From the IMG/VR virus record IMGVR_UViG_3300050025_000126, positions 32,001-96,000 of that record: a DNA stretch of 64,000 nt, one strand, 5' to 3'. Shown piece after piece: positions 56,088-64,000 of this stretch. Under the pieces are notes generated by a model. The model ran no database searches. It had not been told where the DNA came from and saw only the letters and a program-made list of their open reading frames with translations. Numbering within the stretch: the stretch's first letter is position 1; every line of letters starts with the position of its first letter. A program made the translations under genes and the position numbers. This DNA is from a virus.

Positions 56088-57226
56088 TACTCTACTTCGT
56101 CTTCGGGAGAGTCTTCACCTTCAAATGGGTCAGCAGGCAAAACAACTGTTCCGGTCGTTTTCTCTCGCTCAATTAGTCCAGCTAATACAATCTTTTGTAG
56201 GTCTGGGCGTGTAGCCAAAGCGTTCAATGTAGCTGGCTTGCCTGTGAATTCTTCTGAACCGATTTTGTAGGTTAGCTTGTTAGGACGTTCGATAATGCCC
56301 CAGTTCTTACCAAGCTTGAACACTTCTTCGTGTTGATTGACAAACCCCTTGGTGTAGTCAAAGGTCGCTTCCGATTGCCGGTTAGCAGGGCCAAGGGTGT
56401 TCCCACCCATAAAGAATCGAATCTTATGGCCAGTACGTTCGGCGTTATCTTTACCTTCAGACATATCCAGCTTGGTTTCGTCTACTAGTTTGTTTTCTAG
56501 TTCGTCTACGTTACCAGTCTTAGTTACGTTACGCTCCACGTTAAGAATGAATTCGCAGAGATGCTTTACCGCCATTGCAGCAGCTGGCTTCTTCTTGTTG
56601 CCACGCATAATTTCTGCTTGGTCCATTTCATCTCGGGCATGAGCAGTGAGGTACAAATGGATACGCTGCTTAAACAACATTTCACGAATCGATTGTAAAC
56701 CAATTTGCAAAGTCATGGCGTGGTCGCCAATTTGGAAGTTAGAGACGGACTTCTGAACAGCTGTCCTACGACCCATAAGCATTGAAATTGAATCAATGCC
56801 CATTAGCTTAACGTTGCCACCTTGCTGAATAATATCCATGACGTCATTATTAATAACGTCGAACACCTTTTCAGGCTTGTTGGTTTGGAATACGATATAA
56901 CGGTCTAGATCAATTCCATAGGCAGCAGCATGAGCTTCGTCGAGCTGGCCATCGTCACGGAATTCTGTGTCAAACTTAATCGCAATTGAGTCTTTCCACT
57001 TTTGATGCATCTGGCCAACTAAGTCATAGAACAGTACAGACTTCCCAGCCTTTTGTTCTCCCCAAGCCAAAGTCGTATACCCCAAAGGAATACCGTGATT
57101 CTTTCCCCACAACCAGTTAACCCCAGGGCTAGAAGACCTAATTAGATTGTCTGGCGCCCAAACATCGAATCGTTCCGTAACTGCGTTTTCAAGCTTCCGT
57201 AATTTCGCTGCAAATTTATTGGCCAA
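56087..57226 (-). CDS. recA: RecA/UvsX-like recombinase
   Basis: G.PLG.....WGEQKAGKS, FDTE, GID...YIV, IDSIS; TTG start. Confidence 0.8.
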   Translation of the reverse strand: MANKFAAKLRKLENAVTERFDVWAPDNLIRSSSPGVNWLWGKNHGIPLGYTTLAWGEQKAGKSVLFYDLVGQMHQKWKDSIAIKFDTEFRDDGQLDEAHAAAYGIDLDRYIVFQTNKPEKVFDVINNDVMDIIQQGGNVKLMGIDSISMLMGRRTAVQKSVSNFQIGDHAMTLQIGLQSIREMLFKQRIHLYLTAHARDEMDQAEIMRGNKKKPAAAMAVKHLCEFILNVERNVTKTGNVDELENKLVDETKLDMSEGKDNAERTGHKIRFFMGGNTLGPANRQSEATFDYTKGFVNQHEEVFKLGKNWGIIERPNKLTYKIGSEEFTGKPATLNALATRPDLQKIVLAGLIEREKTTGTVVLPADPFEGEDSPEDEVE

Positions 57227-57306
57227 TTGTATCCCCTATCGTAATAGTAAAAGTGTAAACAGTAACCCAGCTAGAATAATAGCTCCAACAATTTCGGTCC
57301 AGGTTC

Positions 57307-57882
57307 TCATTTTGCTCCAAATCCTGGTGGTAGGGGGTCTGAGTCTTGTTCTACTTGTTTTTGTGTTGGTGGAGGAGCAAACGATTGTGGCTTATTTGCG
57401 TCCCCATAATGTTGCCCAGGTAGACTTGGGCCTGTTACCAACTTCTTAACGCTGTTGTAAGCGTTGTAGAAGGCTTCCATTTTACCCCTTAGCGTGTCCA
57501 AAATAAAGGAAATTTCGTCTAACCGGTCTTTTGTTGCCTGAACTGTAGGGTCTTTCTGTACAAAGGCAGCTCTTAAATCGGCACTGGCTTTGGTATGGCC
57601 AAGTTTTTGTAGAGCCTCTTCGGTACAAGCAAGCTTGGCGTCTGCAATAGCGTTCTTGTGGTGATTGTCGGCAATATTCTTTTGGTAGGTTAACTGGGTA
57701 ACAGACCTGTTGAGTTTAAGCCACACCGCATTAAACGTTGATAACATCTCTGGCGCCGTAAACTGATTTACAATTGCAACATCTTGAAGCCTTAATTCAG
57801 CCTGTACAATTTCCTCAATGTTGATAACAATTTTGTTCTTGCCATCTCCAGTAGGAACTAGATAGTTTGTTTCTTCGGTCAA
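57307..57882 (-). CDS. putative UvsY-like recombination mediator
   Basis: Helical protein between SSB and RecA; call rests on synteny. Confidence 0.4.
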   Translation of the reverse strand: MTEETNYLVPTGDGKNKIVINIEEIVQAELRLQDVAIVNQFTAPEMLSTFNAVWLKLNRSVTQLTYQKNIADNHHKNAIADAKLACTEEALQKLGHTKASADLRAAFVQKDPTVQATKDRLDEISFILDTLRGKMEAFYNAYNSVKKLVTGPSLPGQHYGDANKPQSFAPPPTQKQVEQDSDPLPPGFGAK

Positions 57883-57901
57883 GATACCTCCAAAAAGAAA
57901 A

Positions 57902-57939
57902 GCTAGCCAGAGACGAAAGGAGCACCGCCCCTGGCTAGC
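57902..57939 (-). terminator. hairpin/terminator after the SSB gene
   Basis: GCTAGCCAG...CTGGCTAGC inverted repeat followed on the minus strand by TTTTCTTTTT. Confidence 0.55.
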
Positions 57940-57948
57940 ACGAACAGT

Positions 57949-58980
57949 TTACGTCCAGAGGTCGTCGAAGTTTTCTGGAGCCGGTGGGGCCTTGGGCTCT
58001 TCCTTGGGAGCCTCGACCTTTGCGGGTTCAACTTTCGGTGTCTCTGTAGGTGTTACAACTACACTCTTCTTGGACTCGCCCGGTGTTGCAGACTCTCCCG
58101 TAGCTACCCCACCCGTGTAATCAACATCGTCAACCGGAGCCGCCTTCTTCTTTTCGACTTCTAGAATGAGGTCTACTTCCTTGGGGTCTGGACTGCCCTT
58201 GCCAGCCTTATCTAGAGCCACCAGGGCGTTGATTTGCTCAACTGTAATACGGTTCTGCTCCCGTAGGTCCTTAAGGTCAGGAATGCGTCCTGCGGCTTCC
58301 ATAAGCTGTTCGTCTGAAATACGATGGATATCCTTGATTTCGGAACCGTCGGCTTGAGTAATGCGGTTAACCACTGCCTTGTCAGAAGTAGGAGAGGCCT
58401 TGCCAGTACGAGTGAACTTGAACCAGACACCCTTACGACCAGCAGGCTTGATAAGCTCTGTAGTACCAGGGTAGGTTTGTGTTCGTAATTGACGCATCTC
58501 TTCCTTAAGGCTCTTAACGAAATTGTAAGGAGCTACAAAGATACCAAACTGCCCTTGCTTATTAATGCAAGGAATACGGAACTTACCATCTAGACCGTGG
58601 TCATCCTTCCAGGCCTGAAGCTTCTTACCCATTTCTGAATTAGGGTCAGTTGCCTTAATCTTTTCAATAAAAGAGTTGCGATATGTACAAGCAGGGCACT
58701 CCGTTGTAATCATCCCGTAATTCTTCTCTTGAATACAAAGGAATGGGTGATAGGCCTTCTTGGAAGGGTCTTTGTCGTTGATACCATTCCAGCCATAGTG
58801 AAGAGCCCAGTACAGCCCGAAATCATCAAGCTGCAACAGAGACTTCATCATAGGAAGGACTCGTAGGATATGCTCATCTACTTCACCGTCCTTGATGTTC
58901 TTGAACTTCCAGATTTCATACTTTTGCGACATACCACTTGGGTCGCCAAATCCTGCGGGCAATTCGTTGTCATTACTCAT
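57949..58980 (-). CDS. single-stranded DNA-binding protein (gp32-like)
   Basis: ILRVLP, HYGW, C...CPAC, acidic tail NFDDLWT. Confidence 0.7.
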   Translation of the reverse strand: MSNDNELPAGFGDPSGMSQKYEIWKFKNIKDGEVDEHILRVLPMMKSLLQLDDFGLYWALHYGWNGINDKDPSKKAYHPFLCIQEKNYGMITTECPACTYRNSFIEKIKATDPNSEMGKKLQAWKDDHGLDGKFRIPCINKQGQFGIFVAPYNFVKSLKEEMRQLRTQTYPGTTELIKPAGRKGVWFKFTRTGKASPTSDKAVVNRITQADGSEIKDIHRISDEQLMEAAGRIPDLKDLREQNRITVEQINALVALDKAGKGSPDPKEVDLILEVEKKKAAPVDDVDYTGGVATGESATPGESKKSVVVTPTETPKVEPAKVEAPKEEPKAPPAPENFDDLWT

Positions 58981-58981
58981 T

Positions 58982-59233
58982 CTACTTCTTCTCCTTTTTT
59001 ACTTTCTTCTTTGGTTTTAGGTCTTCGACCTTTTCTTTTGCTTGATGGGCCTCTTCGCCCAGTTTGAATTCGGGGTATTTATTGATAAGCTCTTCTGTCT
59101 TTAGTTTTACTAGAAAATCTTCTAAAAACGATTTAACGTCCTTTACAAATTCAATCCGTGCTCCGTAACTCATCTTCCCTAGTTCGTAAACAAAGGCGTA
59201 AATTCTGGGTTGCTCGTCGGTTACTTTATTCAT
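58982..59233 (-). CDS. hypothetical protein
   Basis: Coupled ORF in the replication operon. Confidence 0.5.
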   Translation of the reverse strand: MNKVTDEQPRIYAFVYELGKMSYGARIEFVKDVKSFLEDFLVKLKTEELINKYPEFKLGEEAHQAKEKVEDLKPKKKVKKEKK

Positions 59234-59966
59234 CTGTGCTTTCTACTTGTACTGGCTTTTGGGCCTTAAACAACGCTACAATCTTTGCTGCCGTGGGTAC
59301 AAACCCTACAGGTAGGACACAGTCTGAAGACCTACTAAAAAGTGTTGCAATTGCGTTTCGCTCTTCCATTGACCCAACTCCAGTTACCATTACGGGGATT
59401 TGCTTAGAATCGATTTCATTCCGTACTATACCATCTACAAGGGTCTTAGTCAAGAGGTCAATGTTGGCTTGGTCCCCTACCCGACATTCACGAAGAATAC
59501 TTCTAATGTGAGCTAGTGTAGCTGCTGCATCCTTACAGACAGCTTCACGGAACTTTGGAGACTCAATCTCCATATAGCCCAGGTCGGTAGCAATCTGAGA
59601 AATCTTCTGGACCATCAAGCTATATTGAGTAGTGCAAAAAAGACGGTCAGCACTATAGGAGGGCTCGACTAGATCAGTAATGGATTGATAAAGCTGTGCT
59701 GCGTCTAAAACCACTCCCTCGTTATCATTAAGGAACTTGGCCGTGCTTTCCATAGCCTCCTTGTCTCCACTTACAAACAATCCAACCAAATTAGAAGGAA
59801 TTACAATTGCCCTCATTTCGTCTAGGAGCCTGGGAAGCTTCTCCGACGCCTGGATAACTTGTATCTGTACCGCTGGCCTTTGACCATAAGGAACAGCTTC
59901 AATCTCCTGTGAGATGACTTGGTTTGTGTTCTCGATGTCCTTACTAACTTCTGCAATTGTTCTCAT
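59226..59966 (-). CDS. hypothetical protein
   Basis: AGGAG SD; 246 aa. Confidence 0.6.
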   Translation of the reverse strand: MRTIAEVSKDIENTNQVISQEIEAVPYGQRPAVQIQVIQASEKLPRLLDEMRAIVIPSNLVGLFVSGDKEAMESTAKFLNDNEGVVLDAAQLYQSITDLVEPSYSADRLFCTTQYSLMVQKISQIATDLGYMEIESPKFREAVCKDAAATLAHIRSILRECRVGDQANIDLLTKTLVDGIVRNEIDSKQIPVMVTGVGSMEERNAIATLFSRSSDCVLPVGFVPTAAKIVALFKAQKPVQVESTDE

Positions 59967-59975
59967 AAATCTCCT

Positions 59976-60161
59976 TTAGTTCAATACTATCGTTGCTTCT
60001 GCTTCTTGTTTTACTTGTGCTACCGACTTGCCCAAAAGGGTCTCTAGAAACACCAGATGCTTGTGTTGGTGTTCAAGTAATTGTAAACTAGAGTTAAGCT
60101 CCCTGGTAAGCTGTCGGATTAATCTTTGGTCTCTTGTGAGCGGCTTACTTTGTTTCTTCAT
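59976..60161 (-). CDS. small coiled-coil protein
   Basis: Overlaps the dnaE-C end. Confidence 0.4.
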   Translation of the reverse strand: MKKQSKPLTRDQRLIRQLTRELNSSLQLLEHQHKHLVFLETLLGKSVAQVKQEAEATIVLN

Positions 60162-62427
60162 CTTTTACCTTTTCTACGGGGCCTCTAATTAATTGTAATT
60201 TGCGGAAACTCCAGCCTTTGTTCAAGTCGGTTTTGGTAATTACTCCGACTATAATTGAACCGACCTTCAAATTCGTTACTTCTGCTGGGTATCCTCCATC
60301 TTGACCTGGCCATGATACCACTTCTTTTTTGAAACCGCAAGCGTCGATGAAAACTTTCTTGGCCGACTTGGATTTGTTTTGGTAGGAGAACGTCTCCAAA
60401 TTGTCTACATGTCCTACAATTGCACACTTGAACCCGTTCTGTGGCAGTTCCAACGCCGTGTCCACATCAACAAGGTCTGCTCTACTTACAACCCTATCTA
60501 CTGAATCAACCTCTTCTCTAGCTTCTCTGCTCCAGGCCTTGTAGTGGTAAAGCAAATCTCCCGTTTCGTTTTCGGTAAAATAAAGCCCATCGTTTACCGA
60601 CATCAAATTCCTAATATCCTCTGAATAAGCAGGCAATACATCTTTCTTTACCTGGAAGCGCCCCAATGCGTCTAATGTAGGATATTGGACCTTTGACTTG
60701 TTATACTTTTTCCCTTCTGCCAGCGTATAACGCTTTAGCAGTGTCTGGTATTGCTCGATTCGTTCTGCGATTGATAAATTGGGGTCGAACAAGCTGTCCA
60801 AAATCCCAGCGACAAACAATGTATGCATAGTTCCAATTGTAATAGCACTTCTACGCCACTTACCCTCTACCGCCCCAGCCTTCCTATACTCCACAATCTT
60901 CTTGCAAAAATCGTCTGCCGATTCGTAAGGCGCATATTGATTGAGCTGGGCATGGGCCGTTTCACCAATACCATAGCACAAATCAATAGGGGCTCTAATT
61001 CTATCACCTACAATAGCCCAAGTAGGCTTAGACAATTTGATATCTGGTAAGTCTACGATATTTTCGACGTAAGGCCAGAATTTTTCTGTCACTTCTTCTT
61101 TTTTAGCGTTTTTTAATACGCTACACCACCACTCTAAGGGATAGTAATGCTTGAGCCAGGCACAAGCATAAGAAATAACTACATATCCCACACTGTGTGC
61201 TTGGCAAAAAGAGTAAGCAGAAAATTCGAGTAAGCCAGACCACACTTCTTTTGCCTTATTTAATCCAATCTTAGGTGCGGCACGTTCGGTGAAAAAGGTG
61301 TATAATTTTGCCATTTCTTCGGGCTTCTTTTTTGCTGACAATCGGCGAAACGCTTCCGCTTCGCCTCCTGTACACCCGGTTAGATTTTGATAAACCTTCT
61401 GCAACCCCTCCTGGAATACAATTAGACCATAGGTGTCAGGAAGAAGAGCGTCAAATTCTGGTAAAATGTCTTTACTACCAGGAAGGCCTCTAACCCTTCT
61501 AGCGTACTCTACTAACAGATTGTGTTTCTGCCCTGGTACGTCTGGATTGCTGACCACATAATTAAGCGGTCCAGGGCGGTCCAGGGCGGTAAAAGCTGCC
61601 ATAGCCGCAATGCTATTGATTCCAGGAGTACCGTCGGGCCTTATGTGGTTAAATTGTCTTAGCCACTGAACGGCAGATGCTGTGTTATACTGAAATACGG
61701 TTTCTGTTTTACCTTGACTGACATCTTTGTACACATCTAGATCTGTCGGAAGGTCCCAGATATCAACAAAATTATGGGAGACAGGGTCTAGAACAAGCCG
61801 GTGAGAGGGCACCTTGCGACCGTTTACGTTTTGTTCTACGGGGGACAATTGATTCTTTCTGCTGGCAATCAATTGTAAACACGATTGAATGTCCCTTAAA
61901 CACAGCACGACAAGAAAATCAAACTTTAGAGCGCCTACATTTTCAATTTCTGAACCAGTAAAGGCTGTTACCTTAATTCCAGATACGGACGTAATAGGGA
62001 TAAAGTCACTGATTGGTTTGGGAGCAATTACGAATGCAGAAGCGTGCCTTCCTCTTTGACGTGGAAGTGCTAGTGCAGACTTGGCTATAGCCCACTGTTC
62101 TGGATATTTACTAATGTAGGTCTTTAGGGCCTCGTCCCTCTCGATGCTGCCCTGATGGTTGCCTTCATCGTCAGACCATCCCATGATAAACCTTAGGTCC
62201 GAAAGCCCCTGAGGAGGCATTTCAAATTTCTTTACAAGGTCTTCGATATCTTGAGGGACCACCCCTAGAGTAAAGCGGGCCACGTCCTTAACACTGTTCT
62301 TTAGCTTAAGTGTAGTCAAAACACTTACCTGCGCCTGGCAATCTCCAAATCTTTCCTGAAGCCAGCCAGGGAAATATGGCTTAAGGGTGCCATTTTTAGA
62401 ACTATTTGTTATTTTTGCGAATTTCAT
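60145..62427 (-). CDS. dnaE: DNA polymerase III alpha, C-terminal polypeptide (760 aa)
   Basis: KNSVKDVAR, RGRHASAFVI, LKFDFL, TVFQY, ALDRPGPL, TYGLIVFQE, YSFCQAHS, LKHYYPLEW; ATG 62427 overlaps the upstream TGA. Confidence 0.9.
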   Translation of the reverse strand: MKFAKITNSSKNGTLKPYFPGWLQERFGDCQAQVSVLTTLKLKNSVKDVARFTLGVVPQDIEDLVKKFEMPPQGLSDLRFIMGWSDDEGNHQGSIERDEALKTYISKYPEQWAIAKSALALPRQRGRHASAFVIAPKPISDFIPITSVSGIKVTAFTGSEIENVGALKFDFLVVLCLRDIQSCLQLIASRKNQLSPVEQNVNGRKVPSHRLVLDPVSHNFVDIWDLPTDLDVYKDVSQGKTETVFQYNTASAVQWLRQFNHIRPDGTPGINSIAAMAAFTALDRPGPLNYVVSNPDVPGQKHNLLVEYARRVRGLPGSKDILPEFDALLPDTYGLIVFQEGLQKVYQNLTGCTGGEAEAFRRLSAKKKPEEMAKLYTFFTERAAPKIGLNKAKEVWSGLLEFSAYSFCQAHSVGYVVISYACAWLKHYYPLEWWCSVLKNAKKEEVTEKFWPYVENIVDLPDIKLSKPTWAIVGDRIRAPIDLCYGIGETAHAQLNQYAPYESADDFCKKIVEYRKAGAVEGKWRRSAITIGTMHTLFVAGILDSLFDPNLSIAERIEQYQTLLKRYTLAEGKKYNKSKVQYPTLDALGRFQVKKDVLPAYSEDIRNLMSVNDGLYFTENETGDLLYHYKAWSREAREEVDSVDRVVSRADLVDVDTALELPQNGFKCAIVGHVDNLETFSYQNKSKSAKKVFIDACGFKKEVVSWPGQDGGYPAEVTNLKVGSIIVGVITKTDLNKGWSFRKLQLIRGPVEKVKDEETK

Positions 62428-64000
62428 TGGTTGTTCCACCAAGGAACGAAATCTATGTTTTCTTCTACCACTTTTTTAATAGGAAGTACACCTTTTTCTG
62501 TTTCTACTCGAAAATCTTCCGGGAGAACATGTTTTGTGCCATCTTCCGCCTCAACCTCTACGACATCACAGTCCTTGCCGCAAAGAAGATCTCTATTAGA
62601 GAAATCCAAATCCACGTCTGGCATAGTGTGGGACTTAATTCTGTCCAATGTAAGAAACCTGTCTAGGCTAAGTCCATGTTGAATGGGGTCAATCGAGGTG
62701 ATACCTAACAGATAAGAAAGTAACACACCTCCTGCGCTATTGTGTACCGCGTATTCAGAGGTCAAAAAGGAATGGTCATGTTCAACTTCGAGGTCAAACA
62801 CCTCTTTTATTGATGAATATTCCTTACTTAAAACAGTAGACCAATATCCTATAGTTGATTCATTGGACCATCTAAACTCTATTTTATAACTTCTATTACA
62901 TAGATATTTTCCACGATAAAAAGGCTCTCTTGTATTTACAGACGATGGGATTCCAAACCTTAGAAGAGCTTCCCTAAAAGAATCCTTCAGAAGCACGCTG
63001 GTTGTATCGAAGGTGTAGCTTGGTCTTCCCTTTCCTTTTTTAGGTTTTTTTGTGTGACCATCAGAGTCCATGAGGCCCAGGAGGAGTGATTTTAGCAAAT
63101 TTTTTGGCCAATTCAACCACTCTTTCGGGATGTATTTTGTTCCAGAAGAGTTTTTGTACAACGGAAACAAGCTCCGGAATAGTTTACACAGAATACTTGA
63201 ACTTGCCATCAGCTGAACTAGTTTTTTAGTCTTGTGTTGGACCTCAACAGGTTTAGATACGCAGTAAGGGGCTAGAATGGCTTTTATCTTTTCTATGCCG
63301 TCACGATCTTTTGTGTTGAACGCAACCCCTAGTCGTTGTTCTTTGTTTATCCAACCGTCCCCAATCCACCGACCCAGAAGATAGGAAAAATCTTCAGAGA
63401 CGTTAATATACCTTGGGTGGTTAACAGTTTTGGGGGTCCTCCATTCGTCGACCGTGAGACCAACCTTACTTAGTTCATCGTTTATTTTAGATAAAGCTAG
63501 AATGCTTCTTGTGGCTTTTCTCCCATTTTTCATAACAAGAGGCGGGACGTATCCGTTTCTGACTTTCCCTAGAAAGGTCCTGTTCCCACCGAGACGTCTT
63601 CCTCCAGGTATTTCGCTGATAAAAGTCCGTGAGATAATCTTCGACTCTTCAACGTCCACCCCGTCGTGGACAAACTCAGCCAAGTCTAACGGGTCTGGGG
63701 AAACTTCTTTTACCAAAATTCTAGGAGTGAAAACAACATCTCCGACTTTAAGAGCATCCGCTTCTATCCAGCTCGGGACCCATTTTTCATCTTTCCAAAC
63801 CCTGATACTGGACAGAGTTGATTTGCTGAGCCTTTCCAATCCGGCAATTTTCGATCTTTTGAAACCGTATACTTTGTGGTCTTTTGTTAGAAGAAATGGA
63901 GTGTGTTTGTAGGTTGTCTTAAGCTTCACGCATTCTTCGTCTGTGTTGTATTTGAAAGTGTTCGTAACTTTGCGAACATTTCCCTGGTGGGAGTAAACTT
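62424..64000 (-). CDS. dnaE: DNA polymerase III alpha, N-terminal polypeptide (partial, intein-containing)
   Basis: After the intein: SAGGVLLSYLLGITSIDP....L..DRFL...R....MPDVDLDF; frame runs off the window. Confidence 0.9.
   Translation of the reverse strand, partial: VYSHQGNVRKVTNTFKYNTDEECVKLKTTYKHTPFLLTKDHKVYGFKRSKIAGLERLSKSTLSSIRVWKDEKWVPSWIEADALKVGDVVFTPRILVKEVSPDPLDLAEFVHDGVDVEESKIISRTFISEIPGGRRLGGNRTFLGKVRNGYVPPLVMKNGRKATRSILALSKINDELSKVGLTVDEWRTPKTVNHPRYINVSEDFSYLLGRWIGDGWINKEQRLGVAFNTKDRDGIEKIKAILAPYCVSKPVEVQHKTKKLVQLMASSSILCKLFRSLFPLYKNSSGTKYIPKEWLNWPKNLLKSLLLGLMDSDGHTKKPKKGKGRPSYTFDTTSVLLKDSFREALLRFGIPSSVNTREPFYRGKYLCNRSYKIEFRWSNESTIGYWSTVLSKEYSSIKEVFDLEVEHDHSFLTSEYAVHNSAGGVLLSYLLGITSIDPIQHGLSLDRFLTLDRIKSHTMPDVDLDFSNRDLLCGKDCDVVEVEAEDGTKHVLPEDFRVETEKGVLPIKKVVEENIDFVPWWNNQ
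62739..64000 (-). mobile_element. intein with LAGLIDADG homing endonuclease in dnaE (N-terminal part beyond the window)
   Basis: Block B LTKDH, LLGRWIGDG and LLGLMDSDG, terminal VFDLEVEHDHSF...VHN/S. Confidence 0.92.

Noticed and set aside
62400-62445. Programmed frameshift or sequencing error joining the dnaE halves
   Set aside because: No obvious slippery heptamer. A clean ATGA overlap with GGTGG upstream, and intein-like ends on both sides, favour two genes. It cannot be fully excluded without reads.
1-64000. CRISPR array, rRNA, integrase or IS element
   Set aside because: No regularly spaced direct repeats, rRNA-like sequence, or recombinase/transposase motifs were seen.

Overview
This window is a segment of a large tailed-phage (jumbo myovirus-like) genome. 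It uses the standard genetic code and is moderately AT-rich. Plus-strand virion and lysis genes include tail/neck proteins, a 2313-aa baseplate-J/Kelch protein, fibres, a tailspike, holin-like proteins and an M15 peptidase; most follow a recurrent AATCTT motif that is probably a late promoter. They are interleaved with minus-strand genes under sigma70-like promoters: DNA ligase, 5'-3' exonuclease, an NAD-rebuilding Prs/NAMPT-like pair, two RNA ligases, a HAD phosphatase, two nucleotidyltransferases, ClpP, helicase, primase, RecA, SSB and DnaE. Four things stand out. (1) DnaE is split inside the polymerase palm, and its two halves carry what looks like a catalytically dead half of a split intein; a separate full LAGLIDADG intein is also present. 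(2) Two RNA clusters (21.57-22.16 kb and 50.1-50.9 kb) are mostly non-canonical tRNA-like RNAs with greatly expanded D, anticodon or variable arms; the second is flanked by RNA-repair enzymes. (3) Four dispersed genes are built from about 15 copies of an unrecognised ~50-aa module with conserved ends and a hypervariable core. (4) An exact 15-bp element, present four times, fuses a leftward sigma70 -35 box to the rightward AATCTT motif. All calls come from manual motif reading; no database searches were run.
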